DNA from: a virus
Taxonomy: Duplodnaviria; Caudoviricetes
IMG/VR virus record: IMGVR_UViG_3300044655_001017
Strand: one strand, 5' to 3'
DNA: 64,000 nt
Positions within the stretch are counted from its first letter, which is position 1. Every line of letters starts with the position of its first letter. The notes under the pieces are model-generated. The model did no database searches. It saw only the letters and a list, made by a program, of their open reading frames with translations, and was not told the DNA's origin. The position numbers and the translations under genes are program-made. This document shows positions 12,701 through 22,865 of this stretch, piece by piece.

Positions 12701-15700
12701 TAGCAGTTAATGCATATACTGGGTTATATTCCCACACTTTCCAGTTGCTAGTATCTTGATAATAATCAGTAACATTAGAATCATTATCAGTCCATATTAA
12801 ATAATTAGATTTTAGATCAGCATTAGTATAATTGTTGTTATCAAGAGTAGTGCCAATTCTTCGAGGTATTAACAGACCAACCGTTGAGTTTTCAGTTGCA
12901 GTAATAATTACATCAGTAACAACAGTTATAATATTACCTTGAATAGCAGTAACGGTGTAAACTTTGTCATCTCCTACATTTTTAAATACAATTAGTGTGC
13001 CTACTGAAATTTCAGCCGTGTTATCAAGTGTGATGTATGTTCCATCGTCATCTGAAGTAATTAACGTAATTTGAATTTTATATGAATCATTAATACTACG
13101 ATCAAAATATTGATAAACGTTCCAGTCAGTTGGAGCAAATGTACATAAAATATAGTCACCATTCTTAACCATTGCAATATTAATATCAGAAAGTTGTTTT
13201 ACACTAAACGCAACTTCATCAACTCTTGCATAAACCGTTGAAGTTTTTAACGGTTTAGCCACTGGCCATAAATTTGGTGTGTACCTTGCAGGTTTTACAT
13301 AGATATCAGTAACTCCTTGTTGAATAACTAAGGTTTCATGGAATCGATCTTTAGTATTAACTAATTCAAATCCTTGTGGATTTATTTTAAATTGAGATTC
13401 TGATAACACAAATTCAATGCTTTCAAACGACGAACATGCACCGTACTGCCCAGTACGAACTGCCCATTCTTCATAAAATTGTAAACTTTCATTGCCAGCT
13501 GCACTCAACACATCGAATAGCTTATTAAGAACATTTTGGGTTCCTTTTTCAATAATCATACCTTGATAAAATTTATATTCACTTACATCATCTTGAATAA
13601 TATTTTCAAGATACTGTCTTTTCTGATAACCAATTAAATGTTGAGCATAATTTTGCTGAGCTATATCAAAATTTTCACTATCTAAACTATAAAAATCAGT
13701 AAACTGTGTTGCTTTATACGTCCAGTTTGGTAACATTTTTGGTGTTGGTTTTTTATCTAATTTTGACCATTTTGCAGAATCAAACGATTCTGCGCCAGCT
13801 AACGAAGATTTAGCACTGTAATAAAATGATTTATATTTTACAGTATCACCAATAATATAATGTTTCCACGGGGTCCACTCAGTTATAATTGCACGATCAA
13901 CAATAAATCCCGGAGCAGATAACGTACCGTTCCAATTAGAACTTACGTAACCCGAAACTTTAATCTTATCTTGTTTGTAACCGCTTTCAGGATTGTAAAT
14001 TGTATCGTTAAACATTGTAGTGTTATTAAGAACTACAACATGTTCACGTTGAATTAAGTAAAAACTTGCACAAAAGATACCATCATCAGTTTTTGGGATG
14101 TATGTTACTGCGTTATCAATTCTAAACATGTTTATGAAGCTTTTGTGAATTGCAACGCCGCTAGCATTTAAAATCTCATATTCATTATTTGGATTTGTAA
14201 CATCATCAATTGTAGTTAAAATAGTGTTAAACACTAATTTATTTGCAGACGGACTAAGTGATATTACAGCATGACCTGATAAATCAAGACCATTTAACAA
14301 ATAGTAGTCAGACTCATTAAATACAGTCGGTTGCATATCTTTTAATGCTTTGTAATATGATCCGTTGTATCGTACTATGTCACCATATCTAATTGTCATA
14401 GTTGTGGTCCAATCGGCCCACGTAGAATTTGGTGCCGACCAATTTTGAGTAGTCCAAAACATAAACTCTTTTGCACTAGTTTCCCAGTTTTCAATTGCAC
14501 TAAGATTTGAATTATATTCATTAAATATAAACCCTTGCGCACTTAACCATTTTCCATACCCTAATAAGAAGTCAACAACTTCTTGAATTGAATTTAGTTT
14601 AGTTCCGTATGGTATAATTTTAGTAGTAGTATCCCATTTATTTTTAAAATATGCGTTAACACCGCCTACTATTGGCATTTTTTCTAAAGAATAAAACTTG
14701 TTAAACTCAAATAATAACGTTGATTTATGATCAACTAGAACTCGATAATACCTTAAAAGATATCTAACTAACGATCCTACAAAGTAGTCTTGTCCTTGTG
14801 CCCATTCAACAAAACTTTCAGAAATGCCTGCAACATTAACCGAAACCCCCGACGTTAGTGAAGGAAAATATTTAAAATATGGTTGTAGTTGGCTATAACC
14901 CTTAACTTCAAATCCGCCAGCAATTTTAGTAATTACAACTCCACTGTATGTTAAAATTCCGATTGGAGATGACGAGTTTAACACAAGGGTGTAGTCTTCT
15001 TGCGGAATAAAAATACTGCCAACTGCAATAGGTGACTTTGAATCTAATAACAAATTAAATTTTTCTTTGCTTGTATATGCACTTACTCTGTAACATAACT
15101 TTGCTACAATATTTTCTAATTCAAATTTATAATTGTTGTATTGTGTTAACGTGTTGCAATCAATGTAATTAATCAAATAATTAACTAATCCTGCAGTTTG
15201 AATACGATTAGAGCTTAAATATACAGTTGGTAACTCAATACTAGATGGCGTAATTCTTAAATTTGTATCAGTATATATTAACTGTCCGGTTTTACTAATC
15301 ACAATCCGTGAACGATCTAACAATACACCAATTACTCTTGCAGGATTTAATAAAATAGCTGTTTTTATTACACTAAATGCATAATGCGAATTTCTCCTCC
15401 ATGCAGCTTCAATTGGAGAAACATCACCAAAGATAAAGTCGCCTTGAATACTAGGAGTTATATAACCCGTTGCTAAATTGATATCATACGGACTAAGTAA
15501 ATTCCCATCGTCATCAACTGGTATATGATCCATTAAAAACGGTTTAACATATTTTTTAAGACGAATTGGTAGTTTGTTTGGCTCTTTTACTAGCCCGCGG
15601 CTAATATCTTGCCATAAAATTAAGTTATTTTTAGTATACGGTGCTGGACCATATACTGATATCCACCAACTAGGTTCTTCGGAAAACCCTAACATTTCCC

Positions 15701-18700
15701 ATGGGCACATATGAGGGCGATCAGTATCTAAAATCCACTGGTATATGCCTCTCCAAAAACCAGGCGTAACTCTTCCATCAGGCGCAGCCTGTTTAGAATA
15801 ACTAAAAGTAAAAGAATCACGAGTATCATACGATAGTGGTGTTGCAAAATCAACGCCAACTTTCGAAGACCATTTATAAAAATTTGACATTAATGAAGAA
15901 TTAAACTGCTCTCTACTATAATCCGATTTTCTTGAATACGCAGGAATTACATCTGCAACATCGAATAATGTCGGATCATATGTTACTTTTATGTTATTAT
16001 AAATTCGTTTTTCTAACTCTAATACTAATGCATCTCGATAATCGTTATATGCTAATGTTAAACTTCCATCGTGTCCTTGAATCATATTCACAGGAATACG
16101 TAACGTAGTATCTAAAAATATTTTTGGTTCATATTTTGGCCACATGCCTAATTTAGTTGGTGTTTCAGGTATTAGGCAACCGTCGGTACTTTCATATTCA
16201 TAAACTGTTATAGTATCGCCGGCTGTTAACTCTGCAGTTACATATATAAACCCTTGATCAGTAAATGAATACTCTTTACCGTGCAATAATTGCATACCGT
16301 TTAAATATACTCCTACTGCAGTTGATGATAACGTAGACAATGAAAACCCTTGCGATAAAGAAAACAAATTATCTTCAGGTGCAGCTACTAAGAAATCTGT
16401 TTGAATTCTTGATCCATAAGGTGCCATATCGCTAAAATAATATGCCGACGTACTTGGCGCATCTTTATTAATATGGCGTAGTATTAAATTTACATGAGTA
16501 AACTCGTCTGCATCAACCCCTAACGATTCTGCAACAAACATAAATGTCTTTTTAAATTTACAATAGTCATCTCTAGATTGATCAATTGCACGAATTATAT
16601 TATTTGTATCCGAAGTAATATGATACATTGATAAACTTGCAGGACCGCTATGTTGAACAAACTTTGTACCGTATTGCGAAACTGAGCCTAAATCTCTTAA
16701 ATTGCTTATCCCAGGATAGTTTCCAAAAAAACCGCTAGTATGCACGTTATCAACAATACTGCCAACATGATCAATTACTTCACCTAATGTAAATTCTGAT
16801 AACACGCCATTTAATGGATTATTTTGTAAGTTAATTGGAATCTCAAAATACCCGTTAGCATTAACTGGAAGATTTGAATACACTTTAATCATTATTGAAT
16901 CAGTTAACTTTACATCAGTGTTAAAAATTATTTGATGATAATTTAGATATCGATTAGTTGAGCTTATTGGTTTAAATATCCAATCGTTAGATCGAACATT
17001 ATTAACATACACTCTAGCCTCGAATTCTGAAAGACTTGGCAAATAATCAAAAATGTCAATATCAAAATTATTAGTTTTATCTGAATTCCTATACAATCTA
17101 ATTGCCGCTTGTGTGTGTTCAACTTCGCTAGTTTTCCACCCATTAACATATGATATCTTTCCAGCTGCATCATACTTAATTAAGAACCCGGTATCAACCT
17201 GTTTACTAACAATTTTTTCATTTACTTCATAACTAAACTTATCAGTTACTAACGAAAAATTAAAAACAATATCGCCAATGTTGTTAATATTTTTATATGA
17301 CAATGCAAAACCTAAATTTTTATCTGCTATTGTTGTTCCAACCTTATAAGAAAAAATAGAAGTTCCATCAAACGACGTACCTGGATATACCGATAAATCT
17401 CCAAAACTATATTCATTTTCATCAACTAAATCGAATAGTGGCGGCTGGTTTGCTTTAGTTTTTTGTTGGCATAATTTCCACACTGTGCCATTAAACCAAT
17501 ACATTTGTCCTTGCGAAACAGTGCCGTATTGTATTAACGCAACTTGATTGTATACTGGTTTTGCCACTTCAACTAATCGAATTTGATTACTATTAATAAC
17601 ACAAATAATATCAGCAACTGTTCCAACAGTTGGTTTGTTGCCGCCAATTATGCGATATTCAATACTAGTTGAATCAATTATTGCAGAAACTCTTGCAGAC
17701 CCGGCACTGCCTGAAGGGCCGCCACCTAACTTTCCGGTTTTGTCTGTTACCGCAATTAGTGTTCCTACATTTAATCCAGCAGTTGAATTCATGTTGGTAA
17801 TTTTAGCGGTCCATCCGCTATTAGTTGCACTAATTGAATCAATTTTTCCTTTGCTACTAATTTTCTGCAAACTATTTTCATGTAATACATTAATAAAATC
17901 AATACGATAGATGTTGTTTGTTACACGATCATCTAAGTCAGCTGTAAAAATAACATGTTGGCCATCTTTAAGGTCAACACCATCAATATTATATCCAAAT
18001 GCTCCCTCTACTATTGAAAATGCATCAACTGTAACCGTATCAATAACCGCAATATCAATGATAGATGTAGTTCCAAAATTAAATAATTTTAAATTTTTCT
18101 CAAACTCAATAATTGGCCTTGCTGCTCGCATTGACTGATCATAAGCAGGATGTATGCCATTTTTTAACGCACTTTTTTCAATAACATCTTTGTGAATCCA
18201 TTTGTTATTTCTACTCCAAAAATTCTTATCAACAGATGCACGATTAATTACAATGTAATCAGGGTTAGTAACATACGAAATTGAGTCACTAAATGGAGTT
18301 GTATCAAATAGTGTTGTGTCAAATAACATTGACGAAGTATTAGTGTATGCAGTAATAATTTGTAAATCATTTTCATGTATTAATCGAATTGCATCCCCAA
18401 CGCCTTCAACATAATATCTTCCAGTAGCATACTTTTTAGGAAATACATTTCCAGCAAATTGCACTTTCATGCCGTTGCTTAATGCAAACGGCACTATTGT
18501 TTCATCAACTAATGTTATAGTACCATAGCTATACGTTTTCTTTCCAATAAGATCGGACTCTACGTTAATATACCCAGTCTCACTTACATCTAAGATATTA
18601 AACACTCCTCCCATATCAATATTATTTTCACTTACGTATGCTAGTTCATCAGGGGCATTGTTCGGAACTGTAAATGTTATAGTGCCAGTTTCGATTGCAT

Positions 18701-19406
18701 TATTAAGTAATAACGGATTTATGTATCGATCTAATGGCCCAGTAGTTCGTAACGTTTTAATACTAAATGGATTTTCAACACTGTTAATTATAAATTTATA
18801 TTGTTGTCCTCTATATAATGTAATTACTGGATTTCTAGTCATTCCATCAGGTGAAAAAATATAAGAACTACCATACTCTGTTGTTTCAACGTTTACAGTG
18901 TAAGTACTAGTAATTTGTATTTTTGATTTGTTTTGTATAGTAATGGTATCAGGACCGTGAGGCATCCAATAATAATTTTGAAAATTAACAAATTTATCCC
19001 AATCAATATGAGGATTCCAACTGTAAAATTCTTGTTTGTTTAGTCTAGAATGATTTGAAACATCGGCACCAAATACACGTAATTGATTAATATAATCTTG
19101 ATAATCTTTTAAAAACACGTTATTATGCATGTTATCTTCAATTACGAATCCGGGTTCAAGTTGATAATTTTGGCGATTACGAGTTGGCGCATTAACAAAT
19201 GTATCATCGGACAACGTAGCTTTTGAATACTGTCTTCCAATATAACCGCTAACTTTTTTTACAGCCCCTGGTTGAGTAAGTTGATTTATTGTTGAATGTA
19301 AAAACTTTTTATTTGAATCAGTTCTATAAATTCGAGGTAAAAAAGATGCAGACGTAGCATCATCACTTGGATCAGTTGCTGTTATTCTAGGTATATTGTT
19401 AGCCAT
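6738..19406 (-). CDS. Giant baseplate wedge-like structural protein (4222 aa)
   Basis: Uninterrupted 12.7-kb ORF coupled (TAATG overlap) to the gp6-like gene. Contains propeller-like FG..(V/I)A repeats and W...Y..GD.V.Y modules. Confidence 0.7.
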   Translation of the reverse strand: MANNIPRITATDPSDDATSASFLPRIYRTDSNKKFLHSTINQLTQPGAVKKVSGYIGRQYSKATLSDDTFVNAPTRNRQNYQLEPGFVIEDNMHNNVFLKDYQDYINQLRVFGADVSNHSRLNKQEFYSWNPHIDWDKFVNFQNYYWMPHGPDTITIQNKSKIQITSTYTVNVETTEYGSSYIFSPDGMTRNPVITLYRGQQYKFIINSVENPFSIKTLRTTGPLDRYINPLLLNNAIETGTITFTVPNNAPDELAYVSENNIDMGGVFNILDVSETGYINVESDLIGKKTYSYGTITLVDETIVPFALSNGMKVQFAGNVFPKKYATGRYYVEGVGDAIRLIHENDLQIITAYTNTSSMLFDTTLFDTTPFSDSISYVTNPDYIVINRASVDKNFWSRNNKWIHKDVIEKSALKNGIHPAYDQSMRAARPIIEFEKNLKLFNFGTTSIIDIAVIDTVTVDAFSIVEGAFGYNIDGVDLKDGQHVIFTADLDDRVTNNIYRIDFINVLHENSLQKISSKGKIDSISATNSGWTAKITNMNSTAGLNVGTLIAVTDKTGKLGGGPSGSAGSARVSAIIDSTSIEYRIIGGNKPTVGTVADIICVINSNQIRLVEVAKPVYNQVALIQYGTVSQGQMYWFNGTVWKLCQQKTKANQPPLFDLVDENEYSFGDLSVYPGTSFDGTSIFSYKVGTTIADKNLGFALSYKNINNIGDIVFNFSLVTDKFSYEVNEKIVSKQVDTGFLIKYDAAGKISYVNGWKTSEVEHTQAAIRLYRNSDKTNNFDIDIFDYLPSLSEFEARVYVNNVRSNDWIFKPISSTNRYLNYHQIIFNTDVKLTDSIMIKVYSNLPVNANGYFEIPINLQNNPLNGVLSEFTLGEVIDHVGSIVDNVHTSGFFGNYPGISNLRDLGSVSQYGTKFVQHSGPASLSMYHITSDTNNIIRAIDQSRDDYCKFKKTFMFVAESLGVDADEFTHVNLILRHINKDAPSTSAYYFSDMAPYGSRIQTDFLVAAPEDNLFSLSQGFSLSTLSSTAVGVYLNGMQLLHGKEYSFTDQGFIYVTAELTAGDTITVYEYESTDGCLIPETPTKLGMWPKYEPKIFLDTTLRIPVNMIQGHDGSLTLAYNDYRDALVLELEKRIYNNIKVTYDPTLFDVADVIPAYSRKSDYSREQFNSSLMSNFYKWSSKVGVDFATPLSYDTRDSFTFSYSKQAAPDGRVTPGFWRGIYQWILDTDRPHMCPWEMLGFSEEPSWWISVYGPAPYTKNNLILWQDISRGLVKEPNKLPIRLKKYVKPFLMDHIPVDDDGNLLSPYDINLATGYITPSIQGDFIFGDVSPIEAAWRRNSHYAFSVIKTAILLNPARVIGVLLDRSRIVISKTGQLIYTDTNLRITPSSIELPTVYLSSNRIQTAGLVNYLINYIDCNTLTQYNNYKFELENIVAKLCYRVSAYTSKEKFNLLLDSKSPIAVGSIFIPQEDYTLVLNSSSPIGILTYSGVVITKIAGGFEVKGYSQLQPYFKYFPSLTSGVSVNVAGISESFVEWAQGQDYFVGSLVRYLLRYYRVLVDHKSTLLFEFNKFYSLEKMPIVGGVNAYFKNKWDTTTKIIPYGTKLNSIQEVVDFLLGYGKWLSAQGFIFNEYNSNLSAIENWETSAKEFMFWTTQNWSAPNSTWADWTTTMTIRYGDIVRYNGSYYKALKDMQPTVFNESDYYLLNGLDLSGHAVISLSPSANKLVFNTILTTIDDVTNPNNEYEILNASGVAIHKSFINMFRIDNAVTYIPKTDDGIFCASFYLIQREHVVVLNNTTMFNDTIYNPESGYKQDKIKVSGYVSSNWNGTLSAPGFIVDRAIITEWTPWKHYIIGDTVKYKSFYYSAKSSLAGAESFDSAKWSKLDKKPTPKMLPNWTYKATQFTDFYSLDSENFDIAQQNYAQHLIGYQKRQYLENIIQDDVSEYKFYQGMIIEKGTQNVLNKLFDVLSAAGNESLQFYEEWAVRTGQYGACSSFESIEFVLSESQFKINPQGFELVNTKDRFHETLVIQQGVTDIYVKPARYTPNLWPVAKPLKTSTVYARVDEVAFSVKQLSDINIAMVKNGDYILCTFAPTDWNVYQYFDRSINDSYKIQITLITSDDDGTYITLDNTAEISVGTLIVFKNVGDDKVYTVTAIQGNIITVVTDVIITATENSTVGLLIPRRIGTTLDNNNYTNADLKSNYLIWTDNDSNVTDYYQDTSNWKVWEYNPVYALTARPNLNSKISQYGRAIATTDDGTTIAVSQKSDNGYDIFRGEVVIYNNTKNDWIATQIIKRPLRFQSVSEVDNEDNVATVVALSPDGEWLALGSPTADSNNQGVISIYKRDVNSLYVLVDTRISPEPLDNEHFGNSIAFGTNMMFVGTTASTVYRYEYKLTEKGFTTFVSNGSKGTTLVVASTAGISRGMILSGNGFTPNHLVSSVVNGTTIIISLEPAEKPAGRIAFSVYEWAELPSISKPTGASDAFGTDISVSLNNTIAISDPRTNGKVYVYYANEDFVYNSANQIDNIVANTVGQHISLSKNDDFIAISNILSSTARNVNIYSLSLKESVQVIPTVEFSSANAPAVFFTDDYRTLVICDFDYVSVADVYNIYEKDWIFSERLEPKYASPIFAVTATNLIVGAPAWTEQTATINLINNTAHTNTTATGKIDKDKDLVCNIAINDIIIGNGIPEGSVITAVNPQSDFIEFTVTFPIATTITTDITTTYVFVSSTGNGAGKIYEYVKPVNQFSWTVKNTSITKPDITKVKQAFLYNKVSNKLIKYLDVVDPIQNKHPIIAEREVKYKSPYDPAIYSHATTTVVTVDEGIAWGAAQVGSLWWDVRTTKFFDNFTDNSVYRNSMLGTLATGASVDIYEWVETELLPADWDADADTSAGLAQGISGTSLYGDSAYVEVKTYDTISQQFSSTYYYWVKNKETISSTIGRTISAANVSRVISNPKGEGYEYLALTGLNSFSLVNVKPYLLHDDIVLSIEYWLIDKTDQNIHTQWKLISTSSSTDIPASIEQKWIDSLCGKDVNDRLVPDQLLPPKLKYGIENRPRQSMFVNRFEAIKQVIEQTNIHLKSELIVDTRDLSLLTSYDTPPTSIRRLYDTTLDTNLELQYVITKYYIAPSLTADITDGKITNVNIISSGQGYLIAPYITVTGTGKGAVIQSIINESGQITGVKILNGGDGYTSNHVLTVRSFSVLVLSDATSNGKWSIYSYVLSTSTWYKSLTYTYDTTKYWKYVDWYKPGFNQFTTATHLVTTYAELSQLNDTVGDIVKVKTTNSGRWVLLQKHDPTVNQQLEETASFDWTHLYTVIGSQNGTIQFSSLLYDFYGTVIGYDGMLYDSGMHDNFASIELRNILIAIKDDLLIGNLKTKYLELFFSTVRYAMNEQTYIDWIFKTSFVNVMHQVGKLQQRVTYKNDNLSNFEDYVSEVKPYRTQIREYISSYTNLDDSNVAITDFDLPPAYDLDRNVVSVVDYDNPLINSYPWKFWLDNVGYSLVDIKITSGGAEYLTEPAVTIESKTGLGATARAFIVNKQISRIKLITPGSGYKTTPKIVITGGYSNNGKSATAIPILGKSVVRTSNIALKFDRVNQNYLIDNLQHVETIKGASIVTGTKVQFILKWIPDVSIGKTSVTVNGVLEIRDNYKMGTVISIVDGHPVHTGVITFKTAPMRGSELIISYYKDTGLLTATDRIHYYYKPNSGDVGNDLPQLMSGIDYGGVVVSGLSFEVDHGWDSMPYYNDTWDNFDPALNDVKYTLGDEFSYTIKLPYVPTIGTRLNVYLVKPNTEAVRIDSKTYDIDVVDLANPNAAMLTPIATGDTDIIEIPTSISADAGDTIIIRKETSDGAIVNEYDTALSGGNFSYNAMSDGLSAEDIVVDGDDFNSVTAGIGPEEVVPGQVIDTLGIKVFNKLPSGEFTSFMHFKNMLNQYRYIRLNANKRTRLVNELNYYDTTITVEDSSLFDQTSYGSYGIIDINGERIEFFSNVDNVLSGLRRGTMGTGIPTVHRAESIVQELGLTETIPYVENTQIEQVVSNGTHFINLSYTPNKVANTKWSFADPALAEYGQSDEIEVFVGGYDNYKIWTLETVYYVNDIVNVGVYVYRCAVQHVSSSNFKNDRSKWNYFIGNIRLKKTPYVVYNINSEEGEHTFDADFSVNGTTKQIRLTNVLSANTIVTIIKRQGSKWVNNQTELNFIGSVPGVDYADISITYDSTSITFDSEDTRF

Positions 19407-22400
19407 TAGTTACTCCCATAAGCTGAACTTGTTATAAATTGGCGATTTATTGTATTGTTTTCAGTGATTAAATTTGAAGATTTTATATTTGATGCAGTAA
19501 TACCTGATATAATTTCTATATCATTAACCGTTGCACCATTGATTAAAATTTCATTCATAGCCGATTTTATTTCGTACAACCCTCCAAAATTAATACTATT
19601 ATGTTTTGGAACAATAACAAAATTAGATATATTTGGTGCAACTTTAGTCGTTACATATGTTGCTAACTCTGTAAAAAAGAACGTATCTCCAAAATCCCAA
19701 TTATCTAACACAAAGAAGTCATTAATTGCTGCAATTACTTGAGATTTAACATCGTTATCTGAAATTACTTGACCTGGTGTTTTTGTAATCTTAAAAGTTG
19801 CTTGCAACTCAGATGATGCAGTGGTCCCAAATAAAATTTTATAATTTACCGGGTGATATATTACTTCATCCGAAATTGATTTAATTAAGTTTAAAGACGG
19901 TGCTACTATATTATATAATTCTTCAGAACTAGGAGGCAACGGTTTAGTAGTTATTGCACCACTTACCCATTGTCTGTAGTAAGTATCATACGATTTAGTT
20001 AATATATATACATCAATAATGTTACTTGCACCTGGGTCAATTCTAGAATCGTATTTTGCGTTATGTACATATTGAAATTTTAATCCAGATCTGCCAACAT
20101 ACACTTTATAATCAATCGATGCTTCTAATGTTCCAGTTGACGATGCTTTTTTTACAGTATTAGTATCTATAAAATAATAGTATTTTCCAGGTTGTACGGT
20201 ATAGCTTTCAGTTGAACGAACAAAATTTAAAATAGTTCCATTATTTTTAATAAATTTATAATCTTCTTGACCTTGAGAAATTACATACTTCTCTTGTATA
20301 ACATACGTGTTTGTTGATACAATCTGGGTAAAGACATCTGGATCATCAACAACTCCGTTATTATCGCTATCAGAAAACGATATTACGATCTTCTTATTAT
20401 CAACGTACCCGTCTAAGCCAATATACTCAGATACAACATCCCATGAAAAATCAGTAGTATATGATTTTGTATTAGAATTAGTGTTAATACTTAACACTTT
20501 AATCTTATCACGAACTGAAGAATTAGATACACTGTTGTATACCGATTGAGTTTTATCGTAAAAAAATCTTAACTGCGTATCACTTTCAAAAATATATCTT
20601 GTCTCACGACTAGATATTGTATATGTTTCGTTATCTGTTGTAAACAAAATCATCCAACTAGAATCTTGCTGCTTGTTTGTAATATCACCTTGCGATAAAA
20701 TATTAAAAGCATTTAAATAATTTAAATTTGATTCTCGAATAATTTGCCATTGTTGTAATGACGTATTGTAACTTAATCCAAATTCTTTATTTTCAAATAT
20801 TAAATCAGTTATTGTGGTAATAACTGAAGTCTCTAATATTGATCTAAATTGAGGAATAATTTGACTAACTGTTGACCCAGCTGGTACATTAACATTTAAT
20901 ATAATGCTGTTTGCATCAAGTCCATCGTTTGAAACCGATACTACTGCAGCCCATATATAAGTAGTAGCACCAAAGTGATTTGTAATTTCATCATTAATTC
21001 CCAACGTTTCTAATTTATTTTGATTAGTTGTATCAAAATATTGATTTGACGGACTAATAAATTTAATTAGTGCACCGGATTTAATGTAGGACAACATTAA
21101 ACTTCCAGATGTAGTTGCACCAACCTGAAGAATATCGCCCAATAATGTACCTGATTTAATGCACCCTGATGTATCTACATTTGACGACCACACATAAATG
21201 TCGTCAGCAGTTTGAAACTTAGTTGTATAGTGCGAGTAATAAAAATTTCTTAACTCATCTTTCTTAAGAATCTTGTTAATAATATTTGCAATAACACCCT
21301 GGATATCAGTTTTGCTAATATATTTAAATTTGTCAGTTGATTGATAATTTTCAGTGTAAATTACGCCATCATCTGCAAATAAATTAGTCGAACTATACTT
21401 GCCTGTTGGATCAACTAGGTCAAAATACCGACTAATACCACTAGACGATCTGTTAACTGCTTTAACTTTTAAAATTTGCTGACTAACACTCAACGGTGCA
21501 ATATTGTAATCTTCACCAGTTATCATTCTATTCTGCGTATAATACGTAGCAGGAGCGTTTGCTTTAATATTTGCGTTTGTTTCAGTGGTTTCAGCTGTGC
21601 TAATTGTAGTTTCTAATGATAAGGATACTGTTAATACTTCTTGTTGGCCATAGTTTGACACATACGGAATAGAAAGTGTTATGTTTCTAATGTCTTTTGG
21701 ATTAACTACATAGGAAATTCCGTTACTAGTACGATAGTAAACTTTAAATGTACCTAATGGTTTGTTACCAAATGTGCCATCGCTAAAGTTTAAACTTACT
21801 GCATCATTTGCACGAGTTGTTACACTGTAAATGTTTCTAATACTTTTGTTAACACTATTATAGATAATATTGTTGCCTTCAAAGTTTGAAACTTTTGTCC
21901 ATTCTTCTGTTTCTAATCCATTTTTATCTAATCTATACAACCACAAATCGGTATTATTAATACCAGTAGTGCCAATATCTACAATTTCGTTACTTCTTGG
22001 TTGTGTAATCGTAAACTGAGCGTTTGCTATTGTTCCTTGTGTAAAGTTTAAAAAGAAACCAGACCCGGCACTCCCGTATCCTTGTCCGTCATTTTTAAAT
22101 ATACATGATAACTTACGACCTGCTTTAGGTGTTTCTTCGTATATGTAATTTTGTCCAGCAAAGGTTGTGCTAGTAACTTCAAAATTCATAGTTCTGCCAG
22201 CAACAGTTTTTGTGAATGAATACACTGGTACATCATTTGAGTTAGTTTCTAGTGTATATTTTTCAGTTAAAGTACCGTATATCGTAGCTTTATCAGATGG
22301 ATTACCAAACTGTTGGTTTACAGACATTGACGCGTTCATAATCTTAATAAACTGATCATACCAGTTAGAGTTTGATGGGTCATTCCATGTTACAATTTGG

Positions 22401-22816
22401 CCAGCCATATTACGACCATTGCTGTCAATTACTGATTGAGTGGTTTGAATTGAGCTAAATTTTAATAAACCAGTTGACGGTATGTTTCGTTTTGCATTGT
22501 AACTAATTAATCTTGCTAACCGCAATACACTGTCTCGGCGTTCTGCCAACTCAAAGAAATTTTCACGAGCGTTTAAATCAACTCGAAACGAAATACTTTG
22601 TCCTAAAAATGCAATTACATCTAATAATGCTAGATACTCTGAACTTTCTATATAGTCATTGAAATCTTCTGGATAATTTTGACGAATATAATCAACCATT
22701 GTGCGTCTTAAATTTTCAAAATCATAACTTTGAAAATCCGCATTTTTAAAAGATTGGTATACTTTTTTCCAATCTTCGGCCACTAATAATCTGTTTTGTC
22801 TGTCGGTTGCGCTCAT
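19406..22816 (-). CDS. gp6: Baseplate wedge subunit, T4 gp6-like (1136 aa)
   Basis: DFENLR..M.DY....YPEDFNDY.ESS...ALLD..A...N.E.F.E.A.RRDSV..LAR.ISY and QNRMITGEDY motifs. Adjacent to gp25. Confidence 0.85.
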   Translation of the reverse strand: MSATDRQNRLLVAEDWKKVYQSFKNADFQSYDFENLRRTMVDYIRQNYPEDFNDYIESSEYLALLDVIAFLGQSISFRVDLNARENFFELAERRDSVLRLARLISYNAKRNIPSTGLLKFSSIQTTQSVIDSNGRNMAGQIVTWNDPSNSNWYDQFIKIMNASMSVNQQFGNPSDKATIYGTLTEKYTLETNSNDVPVYSFTKTVAGRTMNFEVTSTTFAGQNYIYEETPKAGRKLSCIFKNDGQGYGSAGSGFFLNFTQGTIANAQFTITQPRSNEIVDIGTTGINNTDLWLYRLDKNGLETEEWTKVSNFEGNNIIYNSVNKSIRNIYSVTTRANDAVSLNFSDGTFGNKPLGTFKVYYRTSNGISYVVNPKDIRNITLSIPYVSNYGQQEVLTVSLSLETTISTAETTETNANIKANAPATYYTQNRMITGEDYNIAPLSVSQQILKVKAVNRSSSGISRYFDLVDPTGKYSSTNLFADDGVIYTENYQSTDKFKYISKTDIQGVIANIINKILKKDELRNFYYSHYTTKFQTADDIYVWSSNVDTSGCIKSGTLLGDILQVGATTSGSLMLSYIKSGALIKFISPSNQYFDTTNQNKLETLGINDEITNHFGATTYIWAAVVSVSNDGLDANSIILNVNVPAGSTVSQIIPQFRSILETSVITTITDLIFENKEFGLSYNTSLQQWQIIRESNLNYLNAFNILSQGDITNKQQDSSWMILFTTDNETYTISSRETRYIFESDTQLRFFYDKTQSVYNSVSNSSVRDKIKVLSINTNSNTKSYTTDFSWDVVSEYIGLDGYVDNKKIVISFSDSDNNGVVDDPDVFTQIVSTNTYVIQEKYVISQGQEDYKFIKNNGTILNFVRSTESYTVQPGKYYYFIDTNTVKKASSTGTLEASIDYKVYVGRSGLKFQYVHNAKYDSRIDPGASNIIDVYILTKSYDTYYRQWVSGAITTKPLPPSSEELYNIVAPSLNLIKSISDEVIYHPVNYKILFGTTASSELQATFKITKTPGQVISDNDVKSQVIAAINDFFVLDNWDFGDTFFFTELATYVTTKVAPNISNFVIVPKHNSINFGGLYEIKSAMNEILINGATVNDIEIISGITASNIKSSNLITENNTINRQFITSSAYGSN

Positions 22817-22835
22817 GTTGTTGTCCTAATAATGG

Positions 22836-22842
22836 TATTTAT
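22836..22842 (-). promoter_or_regulatory. Late promoter box upstream of the gp6-like gene
   Basis: ATAAATA about 20 nt before the ATG; same motif as other late genes. Confidence 0.6.
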
Positions 22843-22865
22843 TGAATAAATTAACCACGCAGTTA

